Made by a program: the position numbers and the translations under genes | The notes under the pieces: generated by a model | The model's database searches: none | The model's input: the letters and a program-made list of their open reading frames with translations, nothing else | Told to the model about the DNA's origin: nothing | Assembly (NCBI GenBank): GCA_024137785.1 | Contig: JAHRHZ010000099.1 | Span: 1,317,262 to 1,381,261 of the forward strand | DNA: 64,000 nt | Direction: 5' to 3' | Origin: Ginglymostoma cirratum | Lineage: Eukaryota | Shown here: one piece after another, positions 24,003 to 38,000 of the stretch | Layout: the number at the start of each line of letters is the position of its first letter | Position numbering within the stretch: the first letter of the stretch is position 1

Positions 24003-24960
24003 ATTTGAAAACACAAGCTTTCAGAGCGTAATCCCTTCGTCAGGTGATGCGAGAAAGAAGCATACAGAACACAATTTAAAAGTAAAAGATCAAAGGGTCA
24101 CGCAACTGATGCGTATCTATTAAACAAACCTAAGATGCTGTTAAATCTTCAATCAGTAAGAGGGTTTTAATTGATTAATTTGTATACGTAAATCCCTGAA
24201 CTTCTTTCAAATCACTACCCTGAGAGAACTAAAGAGGTGACATTTTAGGCCAGACAATACATGCTAGGTTTGAGGTCTTGTTTAGAATCTGTTTGTGTTT
24301 TGGTTTGGAGTCAGACTGGTTTTATTTCCAAAGTAGGAATTTATAAAACGCCACATTGACTGACTGTCTATAAACTGTGTGCTGTTTGAAACAAAATAGA
24401 ATGTATCTGCAAATACAAATTCACCCCATAGATTTGTGCGTGTGTGTGTATGCGCGTGTGTGAGAGAGAGAAAGAGAAAGTGTGTGTGTGAGGGAGAGGG
24501 AGGTAGAGAGAGATGACTGTGTGTGTGAGGGGACAGAGAGAGCGCGAGTGTTTGTGTGTATATGTGAGAGGGAGAGAAAGAGGGAGTATGTGTGTTGGGG
24601 GGCGGGGGCGGTGTGGGGATGAAGATCCAGACACTAAATTAGAAAACAATTGTTTAAAATAAATAAAGGCAATAATCTCTGGATATTGCCTAAGCACATG
24701 ATGTAGCGTACATAAGATGAGAGAGATTAATATATTGCTCAAAGTCTGGTGTGGGAGAAGTGTGGTCCAGGTCATGGGGCACTGGCAAATGTATTGAAAC
24801 AAGTGGCTCTGTATCATTGGGGTGGGCTTCACCTGAACCCTGCTGGACCAGTGTCTACTGAGTGTTATAACTAGCGAAGCATTCAGAGCATAAAACTCTG
24901 AGAGAGAGCGAGGGAGGGAGAGAGAAAGAGATTGTCTGTGTATGTGCGTGTGTGTGTGTA

Positions 24961-24992
<32 letters not shown>

Positions 24993-26283
24993 GGAGGTGG
25001 GTGGGAGAGAGAGAGTGAGTGCGTGTGTGAAGGGGAGAGAGAGTGTGCGCGTGGAGGGGAGAGGGCGAGTGTGTGAGTGTGAAGCAGGATTGTGTGTGAG
25101 AGAGTGAGAGACAGAAAGTGTGTGTGTATGTGTGTGAGGGGGGAAGAGAGAGAGAGTGTATGAGTGTGAAAGAAGAGAGAATGTATGTGTGAGAGAAGGG
25201 GATGGGGAGGGAACGTGTGTGTGTTTGTGTGTAAGGGAGAAAGTGTATGCGTGTGTGTGTCTCTGTGTGTGTGTGGGTGTGTGTGGGGGGGCGGTTGGAG
25301 AGACAGAGTGTGGGTGTGTGAGGAGTGCGTGTGTCTGTGTGTGGGGGGGGTTGGGTGGGTGGGTGTGGGTGTGTGTGTGTGCGGGGGGGAAGGACGCACA
25401 AACACAAACACCCACAATCTTTCTCCTCATTCACAGTCACGCACTCACTCTCTCCCTCCCTCTTAAAACACACACACACACTTTTTCTCTTTCTCCCACA
25501 TGCGCGCGCACATTCTCCCTCTTCACATTCACACATTCGGTCTCTCCCACCTCCCCCCACCCCCCCCACACACGCACACACACACACACACACGCACGCA
25601 CATCTCTCTCCCTTCCTCCCCCTCTCTCTCACCCACACGCATACTACCTCTCTACCCCTTAAATCACACACATACACGCGCAATTACTCTCTCTCCCTCA
25701 CACACACGCTCACTCTCTCTCCCACACACACATATACACACACTCACTCTCTTTCCCTCACACGCACACACACACACACACGCACAGATCTATGGGATGA
25801 TTTGTATTTGCAGATACGTTCTATTTTGTTCAAAAAGCACACAGTTTATAGACAGTAAATCAATGTGGCGTTTTATAAATTCCTACTTTAGAAATAAAAC
25901 CAGTCTGACTCCAAACCAAAACACAAACAGATTCTAAACAAGACCTCACACCTAATATGCATTATCTGACCTAAAATGTCACCTCTTCTTTCCACCGATA
26001 AAACCTTTAGATCTCTCAGGACAGCGATTTGTAAGAAATTCGAGGATTTACAGATACATATTAATCAATTAAAACCTTCTAACTGAGTAAAGACTTAACA
26101 ACATCTTAGGTTTGTTTAATAGATCCTCACCAGTTGTGTGACCCTTTGATCTTTTACTTTTAAATTTTGTATTCTGTGTGTTTCTTTCTCACATCACCTG
26201 ACGAAAGCACTACGCTCCGAAAGCTTGTGTTTTCAAATAAAACTGTTGGACTATAACTTGGTGTCGTGTGATTTCTGACCTTT
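24003..26283. mobile_element. Penelope-like element with inverted arms (about 450-bp unique arms plus CA/CT low-complexity arms)
   Basis: 24003-24450 is the reverse complement of about 25780-26238. Each arm ends in a CTGACGA...GAAAGCTT hammerhead-like core, and the right arm has an extra tail of about 40 nt. GT/GA-rich sequence switches to CA/CT-rich sequence near 25395. Confidence 0.8.
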
Positions 26284-27099
26284 CAAACTCATCTTAACAT
26301 ACACGGTCATGAATAAGCCCTTCCCCTTCTATTATCTTATTCGTTTTTCACACCTGACATGAGGAACCCACAATGCCTAGTGATGCCACAGTGAGTGCTG
26401 CCAATATCCCGTTAAATACATCACACTCATTTAAGCTTTGGACCTGTCATCCAACTCTTAAATGGCCTCCGATCCCGCAGGAGGCTCCTTAATTGGGTTA
26501 ACTCGACAAGATTAATTTCGAAGACCCATTATACTCAGGCGTCTCCCCTTTCACTAAAAAAAGTTGGTAAAATTCCATCCTGTGTCTCAGTAGGGACTCG
26601 GCACTTTGATTGAATGAAGAGATATAATGTCCTTTCCTGCTCAAAACGTATCATAGATCTCATAAGGGTCCACGTGCTGTATCGGTCGGCAATTATTCAT
26701 TATTTAGGCGACTTTTTATATCAGCATATCAAGAAATTTGATTTTCGCCAGTCACATAAGCAGCCATCAATAACTTCAACAAAAGTCAAAAGTGGAAAGC
26801 TGACAGGTTTGTTCGTACCATGAATATACAAATGTGTGAGAGCAAATGGAAACAGTGAGCTTTCCCCCATCGGTTACCAAGGGCATTTCAGGATGTGCTG
26901 ACAATAGCAACGTGAATCTCAAATTCTATTGTACAGAAAGCTCAATAAATTTCTTTTCTACCTGCACTTCCTTCCACCGCCGGCAGCCAACCCTTCAGCC
27001 ATCAAGGCCCTCAGATCTGTAATTACTTTTCACATCACACTTCGATGCAATTTCCACAACACTTTCCTTCATTATAATTCTGATTTAAAGTGACTTTTT

Positions 27100-28190
27100 T
27101 CATCCAGTTTAGCGTACTGGACGCAATACGTTACTCTACATTCTCAGTGTAAAGATGTGACATTGTCTCCACAATGGATATCTGACGATCACTCCTACCA
27201 GCTGTTTCATGAACGAATGTATCAGTGACACGTAGATTGGTGAGAGTACAGTGAAGTAGATTTTTCTTCCTGTTACCTTCCTTTCCATATGCCGCAGGTT
27301 CAGGCTGGCACTCGGCCAGCTTTGTCAGTAGTGGTTCTACGAAGCCTCTTGAAGGATTTTGAAGTCAGCCAGCCAGAAAACATGCTGCGGCCTTGCTACC
27401 TTCACTGCTGCTTTCCGAGTGCTGTTTAACATGTAATGGTATTGATTCCACTGCCAAGGCAGTATAGTATACAGGAGTCTGCTGGAAATTTCATTGTCCA
27501 TGTTTGATCTGATGTTATGCGTCTTAATGGGGTTCACAGTCAATATGTCAGAACACCCCGATTATCTCCTCAAACGTATACCACTGTGCCACCACACCGA
27601 TCAATATGTCCTGCTGTTGGGACAGGACAGGCCCAGGGGTAATAATGGTGGTGGTTGGTACTTTTGCTTGACCAGTCTTTAAAGCAGATCTTATAGTCAT
27701 AGTGTAATTCCTCTAGTGGTTAGAAGGCTGACATTGCAGAGTTGTTGTGAATTGTATGTCATTTTGTTTTGGATGCCGAGCCAAATGCTGTGTAGTCTAT
27801 TCAGTTTTATTACTTTTCAAGTTTTGTGTAGCGGTTTGCTGTGCAATAGATCCTTGTAACCCTATCACAAATGATTGGCTTTTCGCCATATTTCAGAGGG
27901 AGGTTAAAGTTAATCACATTGCTCCAGTTCTGGAATTGCCTGTAGGGATGACCAATAAGGGCAGTAGATCTTCTCCCTTAAAGATCATTTGTGAACTAGA
28001 TAAATTTTTAAGATGTTTTGCTTCCTTCATGAAACCATTTCTAACACTAATTTTTAATTCCAGAACTATTAGTTAAATTTAAATTTCACCAGATGCCAAT
28101 GTAGGATTTCAATCCTTGTCCCCAGAGTATTAACGTTCGTCTCTGGATTACTAGACTACGCTAGCAAAGTGGCAATTACATCACCAAGTG
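27100..28190 (-). mobile_element. Old copy of the CR1/L2-group LINE 5' region with a tRNA/Deu SINE-like head
   Basis: Degraded but collinear with about 56600-57690: endonuclease start, then Deu-like body, then head. Confidence 0.6.
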
Positions 28191-28199
28191 CAATGTTTA

Positions 28200-29040
28200 G
28201 TTCTGGGAATATAGTGAACCTGCCCCTGACCATATGTAACAAGTTCTGGACAATATTGAAGCTTGGATGGATAAGCAGTAAATAACATTTTCCCAAAGCA
28301 ATTTCCACCAGTGACCATTACTAATAGGAGAGAATCTAATCATTTCCCCTTAAAGTTAAGCATTATATCCATTGTTGTATTCCCCACTATCAAACCACTG
28401 GGTGTTGCAATCGAACAGAAGCATAACTGGACTCACCATGTAAATATTGTCATAACAAGGGCAGATCAAATGTTCACCTCCTCATTGATCAAAGTTTGTC
28501 ACCATCTTTGTCACTTCAAAGTTTGAAGTGTGACGGAATAGTCTCCACATAGCAGAATGAGTGCTACTCAAACGACACCCAGGAAACTCAACACAATCCA
28601 GGACAAAGCAACCCTATTGATTAGCACTCCATCTGCCTTCCTAAATATTTATTCCCTCCACTACTGATGCACAGTGGTAGCAGTGTATCATATATTCATG
28701 ATACACTGCAGCAAAATGACAAAGCTGCTTTGGCAGCAAATTTCAAATCTGCATTGGCACCAAATTTCATATCTCAAACTTTACCAGGCACATGGACAGT
28801 GGATGTATGGGAACACCATTACACTCAAGTTTTTTCTACAATTCGTACGCCATCCTGAGTTGGAGCATATTGCTGTTCCTTCACTGTTGTTGGCTCCTTA
28901 ACAGCTTTGCAAGTGTCTCTCTGCCAGATGGACAGCGGCAATTCAAGAATTTTTTTCACAATTACCTTATTAGCAGTCATTAGTGATGAGCAAAAGTTGT
29001 TGGCCTTGCCAGCCACATTAATCTTGTATCATAGATTTAA
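28200..29040 (+). mobile_element. CR1/L2-group LINE 3' fragment
   Basis: Collinear with the reverse complement of 54460-55260 (NWTHHVN, IQDKA, SLH...VAV motifs) and ends in the shared tail. Confidence 0.7.
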
Positions 29041-29299
29041 AAAGTAGTGACATTGCAATGCATCTGCAAGACTGCATATTTGACTAATAGAATACTTCTA
29101 TATATGTTCAGCACAAGGATGTGAACGCAGAGAGGTAAATGTTGATCACTAGACAGAATTGCAGGACGAAGCAGGGAGTATGAGATTTCCGTGAGTGCAT
29201 CTCTCTCTCCAAATAATATTCACTTGTAATCATGACCAATCATTCATGGAATAAGTGAAACTAGAGAAAACTCCATGGTGTTATGATAGACCTAGAAAT

Positions 29300-32200
29300 G
29301 GTAGTAAAATTGGAAAAGGAAAGTGATAGGGATCCAAAGTTTTCTGGTTGCGAGGTTAATGAGAGCATTGAGCATCTGCAGAGTGCACTGAAGGCGTTTG
29401 GGACAGACAGACAGTCCAGAGTCCTGGTCTATTCCAGTAACAAACAAAACACAAAGTAGAAAGATGAAGGAGACTATCAAGCAGATGAATGTACTAATCT
29501 CCCAATGCCACACTTTAGTGAATGTAGGAAGAGGAGGATAAAGCAGATGAAAACATGATTGGAAATATAAATTCAGAGGAAGGGCTTTAGACTTTTGGGC
29601 AATTAGTCTCAATTTTAGTGGATATTGTACATCAAGGGGCTGGATATCTTAAAAAGCCATTGTTCTTGAAAGGTGGTTTGCTACTGGGGAGAGTTAAAAC
29701 TAACTAGACATAGGGGCCTGAATGAGAAGTTAATATCACAATGGAAAATCAAATACATATAGGTTTGGGAAAGAAAGAGAGAAGTCGAGGAAGAAATAGT
29801 AAGTCATTAGGTGGAGTTAGGCTAACAGTAAATATAATAATGTCCAATAGAGATTTACAATTGATGTATGTGAACGCATGGAATGTATTGAATAATTTGG
29901 CGTTCTGCGATTCCAACACATACCCAGTTGGAAGTAGTGCAACTTTGATTACTAAATATTCCCAGATTCAAAGTGTTCAGGAAAGATATTGAAGGGGCAT
30001 GGAGGACGGGAGATGGCATTGATTAAGGAAACTATCAGTCTGCTGGACAAATAAAGCATCCCAGTGAGCTCAAGGACAGAATCTATCTGGTTAGATTTAA
30101 AGAACTATTGAGGTAACATTATGTTACTAGGTACCTTTACTGTACCAAGTGCATCCCATAGGACCTACAAACTAGTGCAAAGGATATAGAGAAGCAAAAT
30201 TGTTAGTAAACTAATGACAGGCACAAAACTATTGAGCAGTTATTATGCATTTTTTTAATGATCCTATGTGTTGGATGGCCAAAATGGATAGGGCAGAAAG
30301 GGGAAACAATTTCTGATGCACATTTTAGGGTATTTTCTAGGTCAAGATGGTTCCAGACCAATGATATATCTGAGAACGAGATTGGTGAAGTGGATCAAAG
30401 GATGTCAATATGGAAGCACTTAGGGAACAGCAAATAAATCATTTAGGCCAGGCATGAAAATGACTAAGGAATAAGTCAGAATTAAAAGAAATGACTTACA
30501 GATTTTGTTTTCCCATTCATTCATAGGATGCAGGGCATCGCTGGCTAGGCCAACATTTATTGGTCATCCCTAAGTTAAGAGTCAACCATATTGCTGTTGG
30601 TCTGGAGTCACATGTAGACCAGGCCAGGTAAAGATGGCAGTTTCTTTCCCTAAAGGACATTAGTGAACCAGATGGGTTTTTCCAACAATCAACAATGGAT
30701 TCATGGTCATCACTAGACTCTTAATTCCAGATATTTAACGAATTTATTGAACGGAAGTATCAATGGGAAAGAGGTGAGGATGAGACAATTTGAAATCAAA
30801 GATGAATACTAGCGTAGCAGCAGAGATTTCATTGGAATGTGGGGGATGAGGTGACTTTGAAGGCCAGGTCATCCATGAAGGGGGACCCCACTCCTGGAAA
30901 ATACAAGGAACTTGTCACATTTCTCTGGGTGATTTCCACTTGTACCCACAAACTCACCTAATGCATGCAAAATGACCCTGCAGCTGAGTCAATCAAATGG
31001 ATCGAATGGCCATATGCCAACTTCACTGATGTTGGAAAATGCCTTGGGCAGCTGGACGATATAGGGTACTTCTCCTAACACCTTACAACACCATCTTCCA
31101 ATCTTCGTGTCTGCAGGCCATCGCCAATGGGCAGACATAATCCAGTTCAGCGGGTTCATGAGGGTAATATGGTTGTTGTACTATATATGGATATCAAAAA
31201 CACATTTGCTAAAGTTCCATGTAGCGGGTGTATCAGCAAATTAAAACCTATGGTATAAAAGGGGATGTGTTATGAATGGATACAAAGTTGGCTGATTGAC
31301 AGAAGTGGAGAATGATGCTGAACGGTTCTTGTTCCTTCTGAAGCAAGGTGGGTGATGACTTTCCTCAGTTGTCAGTATTGGAACTGCCGTGTCTCTTCAT
31401 TTGTGGACTAAAATAGGTTTGCAGGCCATAGTTTCATTATTTTAGAAACAAAAGTTGAGCGTATTGTAAACTGATGGGAGTAACCGACCACAAAATGAGA
31501 TGGACAGTGGTAGAATGGACAGACATAGGATGGATTAAAATTAATGTAGACAAATGCTTGGTGACATATTTGATAAGAGAAATGAATACAGGCAGTGCAT
31601 TATAAAAGATACAATACCAAAAGGGACGCGGGAGCAGAAGGATCTGTGAGTGTATACAAAGTATTAAAGCTGGTAGACTGGTTGGAAAACAGTTTATAAA
31701 GACATTCAGGGTCCTGGACTAAAAAACAGGAGTAGATTGCAAAAGCAAATAAGTTATTCTGAACCTGTATAAAGCACAAACACAGGGTTGCAGTATAGGA
31801 ACAAAGAAATTTTCTACAATTATTTAGTGCTTTGGTGAGAACATATCTGGAGTACAACTTACAGTTTTAATATTCCTGCCTAATGTACGCTTGACATGGC
31901 AGGGATTAAAAACGTCCACCTGGACTGATTTCTTGGATGAAGAGCTTGTTTTATGGGGAGAGGCTGAGTCGAATGGACCTACATATCTTGAAGATTACGG
32001 AAATGAGAAACAAAGTTATTGAAATGTAAAGCCTTCGTAGAGGTCGTTACAGCGTGGAGGCTGCAACATTGTTTCTCCGAATTGGTGGGTCTAGAGCTAA
32101 AGGTTTACGGTCTGAAGAAAGGGTACTGAAAATCAAAGATTAATAAGAAGAAATTAATTCACACAGTTTGGACTGCTTGGAATTCTCTATCCAACAGGCA

Positions 32201-32330
32201 GCCGTGCCCTGAGTTTGATGTCTTTGCAGGTAAAACCATTGGATTTTTTTTACGATAGTAGGAGAATCAAGGGACATGGAAATCAGGTAAAAAAGTTAAC
32301 TTGATGAGAAAGATCAGGCATGATCTTATC
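29300..32330 (+). mobile_element. Highly degraded CR1 LINE with nested inserts
   Basis: Endonuclease start LQLMYVNAWNV in ORF 29741-29992, with RT and 3' remnants at 31140-32330. Confidence 0.6.
30505..30745 (-). mobile_element. Deu-domain SINE (SacSINE1-like)
   Basis: The minus strand has the body AAAAACCCATCTGGTTCACTAATGTCCTTTAGGGAAAG...CTACATGTGACTCCAGACC joined to the tail GGCCTAGCCAGCGATGCCC...ATGAATGAAT. Other copies lie at about 52640-52860 and 58170-58260. Confidence 0.75.
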
Positions 32331-33753
32331 ATTTGGGGTGCAGCACCCTGGAGGCACTGTATAGCCTACGTCAAATTCTACTTGAATTCTTATATTTTTG
32401 GGCAAGTATGAAGTTGCAAGTACGATTTTACGAAGTTGGTAGAGATTATAGGGCGAGGGTTCTGTGTTCTTCAAATCAGGGCTTTTGTGCATCCCGCACT
32501 TCCTTCACCCTATCGCTGGCGGTCACGGTATCCGGAGCATATGCCTTAAACTCTGAATTTGTATCCCGCGATAGCTTTCCCTTTTCGCACTTGTCGCCTC
32601 CCGGAAATTATGCCACTTTGACCAGTAGCGTCTGAAAGTTACTGTGAATTTCCGATGAGGCATTCCCTGAATGGGATACAATATTGATAGTGTCGAGCGC
32701 ATTGGTTAATGCAGAAATTACTGTTAATGCGACAAAAGCTTGACACTACACAGGGATGGAAAGTCTTACACTGTTCAACCTGAAAGGTAGCATGAAATGC
32801 AGGCAGAAGCATTTTCAGCTGCTGTCTGGAAATACGATGAATTATTTTCTCCAAGCCATGCTTATGCATTACCCTTGGAATTTTGGTGTAATCGTGATAC
32901 CAGGCATGCTGCACAAATGAAAAACCGCATTCCTTTCAACATCAGTGTCGTCCACGCAGGAAAGACAGGAAATTCAAACTCAAATTAGGGAGCCATTTCA
33001 GGGGCAAGGTATTTTCCAGCCATTGTCCAATTTCTGAGAAATGGCAGTCATTTCAATACAAGCCACAGGCAGATAGCTAATCTGCTGGTACTTCTACAAA
33101 CACAATTACTCCTTCCTTTCTTTGCAGACTTCAAAAAAATCGGAAATATATTTCGGCTCTCCGCTTTTTGGACCAATCCCACCTCCGAATTAACGTAAAG
33201 TAAAAATCTCTACTAATCCACCTAAGAAAATGCAGCACCAAGTAGTTAATTTCATTTTGGTGGTTAATATGATTTAAAACAGCAAATTACGAAAATATAT
33301 AGGTGTTAAGTGCGCCCTATTGTATGAACTTTCTGTGTAGAGTTTGTAAATGCTATGATATATCACTTTGGATTGAAGTGAAAAGTGTGAAATGCAAGCA
33401 TGTTTCTTAAGTTATTTCTTTTTTAAACAAAAATGACCTTAAACGTCATTGTGTGTAAAAACAAGGGCTAGGATTTTAAAAATATTCCATATTTCCATTT
33501 GTGCAAACTAATTACAGAAATGCGATGGGGTCTGTATATTGTTAGATTTTTGATGTATAGGGGAGTTAAAGGTGTTGGGGTGGAGGTTGTTAGGGAAGAC
33601 AGTCGGGAAAGTGGAATGATGCTAACTATAAGATTCAAAAGGGCAATACATTCACATAACGATTTTTTTAAAAAACCATCCGTATTAAATTCAATTGCTA
33701 TCCACAGGTGCACGCTTACAAAAGATAATGCATCTCATGAATGAACAGCATCA

Positions 33754-33759
33754 TTTATT
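33754..33759 (-). terminator. Polyadenylation signal of IgL pseudogene 2
   Basis: AATAAA on the minus strand in a context alignable with 15196-15201. Confidence 0.65.
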
Positions 33760-33941
33760 AAACAAATGCTTCCATGTCGCATTTACAAGGATAGACGTTC
33801 CTTCCCTAATGTGAATATTTGTAAGTCACTATCATGGGCCAGACGCGTAACAAATGAAATAACTGTATGCGAATAACTAATCGTCTTAACGCGTAAATGC
33901 TGTGGATTACAGCTTGCAGCATGTCGTCTCATCCTGTGCTT

Positions 33942-34265
33942 TCACTCGCAGCCTGATCTCTTGACACTTTCCTTGAGCTGAGATCCAAGAGACTCATGTG
34001 TAACGCCGCAGGTGTCGACTTCGTGTGAGTTCCACTGGGAGGCGGTCAGGGTCACTGCTCACGCTGTAGGTCTGGTCGGTGTCCCGCACCATTCGAGTTG
34101 TCTGGACACCACTGTCCTTGGTCTGGCCGTCCACACTCCATGAAACCTCCACCGAGCCAGGAAAGAAATTATTCACCAAACACACCAGGGTCGCCTTGCT
34201 TTCTGCGGAGATCTGACCAGGCGATGGCGGGAGAAGTGATAGCGAAGGGTGGGTCCCTTCCCGGG
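33942..34265 (-). pseudogene. IgL constant exon pseudogene (paralog 2)
   Basis: About 95% identical to 15347-15675 (16 substitutions counted) with the acceptor intact. A 5-nt deletion near 34054 (GGTAA missing) frameshifts the SSYLTL region. Confidence 0.95.
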
Positions 34266-35057
34266 CTGTAATGAAACGGATTGTGATCATTTTGTTTTTT
34301 TAAATCAACGCATTCGTACCACATATATCACACTCAGGTATAATGAAACTCCTTACCGGACAGTAGCGCTCATATCTCTGAATCAGGTAATGGAGCACTG
34401 AAGTCCCACTCCAAGTGCTGGGGTAGAAAGTACTATAGAGGATTAAATGCAGTCTTCAACACACAAAAAAAAGCGCAATGGCCATATTTCGAAAACGAGT
34501 GTCGAGAACAATATTTAGCACTCAACCAATGTCAATAAAATATTGGTCGTGATAACGTGGTAATGCGTGGGATCTTGCTGCACCCAACTTTGCTGCCAAC
34601 TGCTGCCAAGAGACAACTCTCCGAGGCCGGGAGAAGGCGCTACATAAATATAAACTCTTTCCTCATGTTGCCCTCAATCTTGGCGAGGATGAATGGATTT
34701 GATCGCAGTTTATGGATCTATTTGCCAGACGCTTGGCTTCTTTCGATTCTTTTGCAGGATGTGAGTGTTACTGACAATGTATTTGTTGCTGGTCTCTTAA
34801 TGTTCTTGACTCACGGCTGTCCATGTGTAGTGCAGCCCTCCGCAGCGGCCGCAGGGCTGTCAAAATGGAGCTGCATGCATTTGAACCAGTGACAATGAAG
34901 GAGCAGCGGTATCGTTACAAATCAGAAGAGTGGTGTGGAATTTGCAGATGATGGAGCTACAATATATCCACTGCTCTTGTGGGAGGTCGGTGGTAGAGAA
35001 CATGGGTTCGGAAGGTGCCGTGAAAAAATGTTTCATGCGACCACTGTTGGACGCAAC

Positions 35058-38000
35058 TTAAGAAAATAAGAACGTGAGAACTAGGAGCAGGAGTAGGCCA
35101 TCTGGCCCTTCGAACCTGCCCCGCTATTTAATAAGATCATGGCTGATCTTTGAGATTCAGCTCCATTTACCCGCCCACTCACCATAACCCTTAATTCCTT
35201 TACTATTCAAAAATTTATCTAGCCTCGCCTTAAAAACATTTAGTGAGGTAGCTTCAACCACTTCACTGGGCAGGGAATTCCACAGATTCACAACCCTTTG
35301 GGTGAAGAAGTTCCTCCTGACCTCAGTCCTACATCTGCTTCCCTTTATTTTGAGGCGATGCCCTCTAGTCCTAGTTTCACCTGCTAGCGGAAACAACCTC
35401 CCTGCCTGCACCTTATCTATTCCCTTCATAATCTTATATGTTTCTATAAAATCTCCCCTCATCCTTCTGAATTCCAAAGAGTATAATCCCAGTCTACTCA
35501 GTCTCTCCTCATAATCCAACCCTCTCAACTCTGGAATCAACCGAGTGAATCTCCTCTGCACCCCCTCCAGTGCTAGTATATCTCTTATCAAGTAAGGAGA
35601 CCAAAACTGCACACAGTACTCCAGGTGTGGCTTCACCAGGACCCTATACAGCTGCAGCATAGCCTCCCTGTTTTTAAACTCCATCCCTCGAGCAATGGCA
35701 GACAAAATTCTATTTGCCTTTTTAATCACCTGCTGCACCTACAATCCCACCTTCAGCGATTCATGCACAAGGACACCCAAATCCCTTTGCACAGCAGTGT
35801 GCTGCAATTTTTTACTATTTAAAACATAGTCCATTTTGCTGTTATTCCTACCAAAATGAATGACCTCACACTTACCTACATTGTACTCCATCTGCCAGAC
35901 CTTTGCCCACTCACCTAGACTATCTATATCCCTCTGCAGACTTCCAGTGTCTTCTGCACACTTCGCTCTACCACTCACCTTACTGTCATCTGCAAATTTT
36001 GACACACCACACTTCGTCCCCAACTCCAAATCATCTATGTAAATTGTAAACAATTGCAGTCCCAACACTGATCCCTGAGGCACACCACTAGCCACTGACC
36101 ACCAACCAGAAAAACACCCATTTACCCCTACTCTTTGCTTTCTACTGGTCAACCAATCTTCTATCCATGCCAATACATTACCTGTAATAACGTGCAACTT
36201 TATCTTATGTAGCAGCCTTTGGTGTGGCACCTTGTCAAATGCCTTCTGGAAATCCAGATACACCACATCCACTAGTTCCCCATTGACCACCATGCAAGTA
36301 ATGTCCTCAAAGAATTCCACCAAATTAGTTAAACATGATCTACCCTTCATGAACCCATGCTGGGTGTTCCCAATGGACAATTTACATCCAGATGTCTGGT
36401 TATTTCTTCCTTAATGATAGATTCAAGCATTTTCCCCACTACCGAAGTTAAGCTAACTGGCCTATAGTTACCTGCTTTTTGTCTACTTCCTTTTTTAAAC
36501 AGTGGCGTCACATTGGCTGTTTTCCAATCTGCGGGAACCACCCCAGAGTCCAGTGAATTTTGGTAAATAATTACTAGTGCATTTGTTATTTCTCCCATCA
36601 CCTCTTTTAGTACCCTGGGATGCATTTCATCAGGGCCAGGAGACTTGTCTACCGTTAGCCCCATTAGCTTGCCCAGCACGGCCTCCTTAGTGATAATGAT
36701 AGTTTCTAGGTCCTCACCTGCTATAACCTTCTTGCTATTAGTTTTCAGCATGTTATTTGTGTCTTCCACTGTGAAGACCGACACGAAATAACTGTTTAAT
36801 GTCTCGGCTATTTCCTCATTCCCAGTTATTAAATTGGCCTTCTCATCCTCTAAAGGACCAATGTTTAGCTTTGCCACTCTTTTACGATTTACATACTTAT
36901 TAAACTTTTGTTGCCTGTTAGTATATTCTGAGCTAGTTTACTCTCATAGTATATCTTACTTTTCTTTATAACTTTTTTTGTGGCTTTCTGTTGGCCTTTA
37001 AAGATTTCCCAGTCTACTAGTTTCCCACTACTCTTTGCTTTTTTGTATGTGTTTTTTTTTCAATCTGACACTTTCCTTAGACATCCATGGCTGGCTCTCT
37101 CTTTTCCGACAGTTCTTCCTTATCACTGGAATATACTTCTGCTGACCACTGTGAAAAATTGTTTTGAAAGTCCTCCACTGTTCCACAATTGACCCACCAT
37201 AAAATTTTTGCTCCCATTCTACCTTAACTAACTCCTTCTTCATTCCTTCATAGTTACCTTTGTTTATGCACAGGACATAGGTACTGGATTTAACCTTCTC
37301 ACACTCCATCTGTATTTTAAATTCGACCATACTGTGATCACTCCTTCCGAGAGGATCCCTAACTGTGAGATCATTAATTATTCCTGTCTCATTACACTGG
37401 ACTAGATCTAGGATAGCTTGCTCCCTCGTAGATTCCATTACATATTGTTCAAGGAAGTTATCGCGGATGCATTCTATGAACCCCTCCTCAAGGCTGCCAT
37501 GACCGACTTGGTTTGACCAATCGATATGTAGATTAAAATCCCCCATGATAATTGCTGTACCATTTTTACATGCATTAGCTATTTCTATGTTTATTGCCAG
37601 CCCCACCTCAATGTCATTATTTGGTGGCCTATAGACCACACCTATCAGTGACTTCTCCCTGCTATTCCTAATTTCCACCCAAATGGATTCAACGTTTTGT
37701 TCAGTAGAACCTATATCATCTCTCGCTACTGCCCTGATATCATCCTTAAAAATCAGAGCAACACCACCTCCCTTACCTTCCCGTCTGTCCGAACAGTTTG
37801 ATACCCCTGGACATTTAACTCCCAGTCATGACCATCCTGTAACCATGTCTCTGTAATGGGCACTAAATCATACCCATTTGCCATGATTTGCGCCGTCAAC
37901 TCATTCACCTTGTTTCGAATGCTCCAAGCATTCACATAAAGTGCCCTTATGTCAGTTTCTGCACCTTCTTTTTGGGTCCTATTACCTCCATTACTAACGG

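Noticed and set aside
24368-25937. Long ORFs of 145-349 aa rich in His, Thr, Ser, Leu, Val and Cys
   Set aside because: They are translations of CA/CT/GT/GA low-complexity tracts inside the Penelope-like fold-back. They are open on both strands and show no domain signal.
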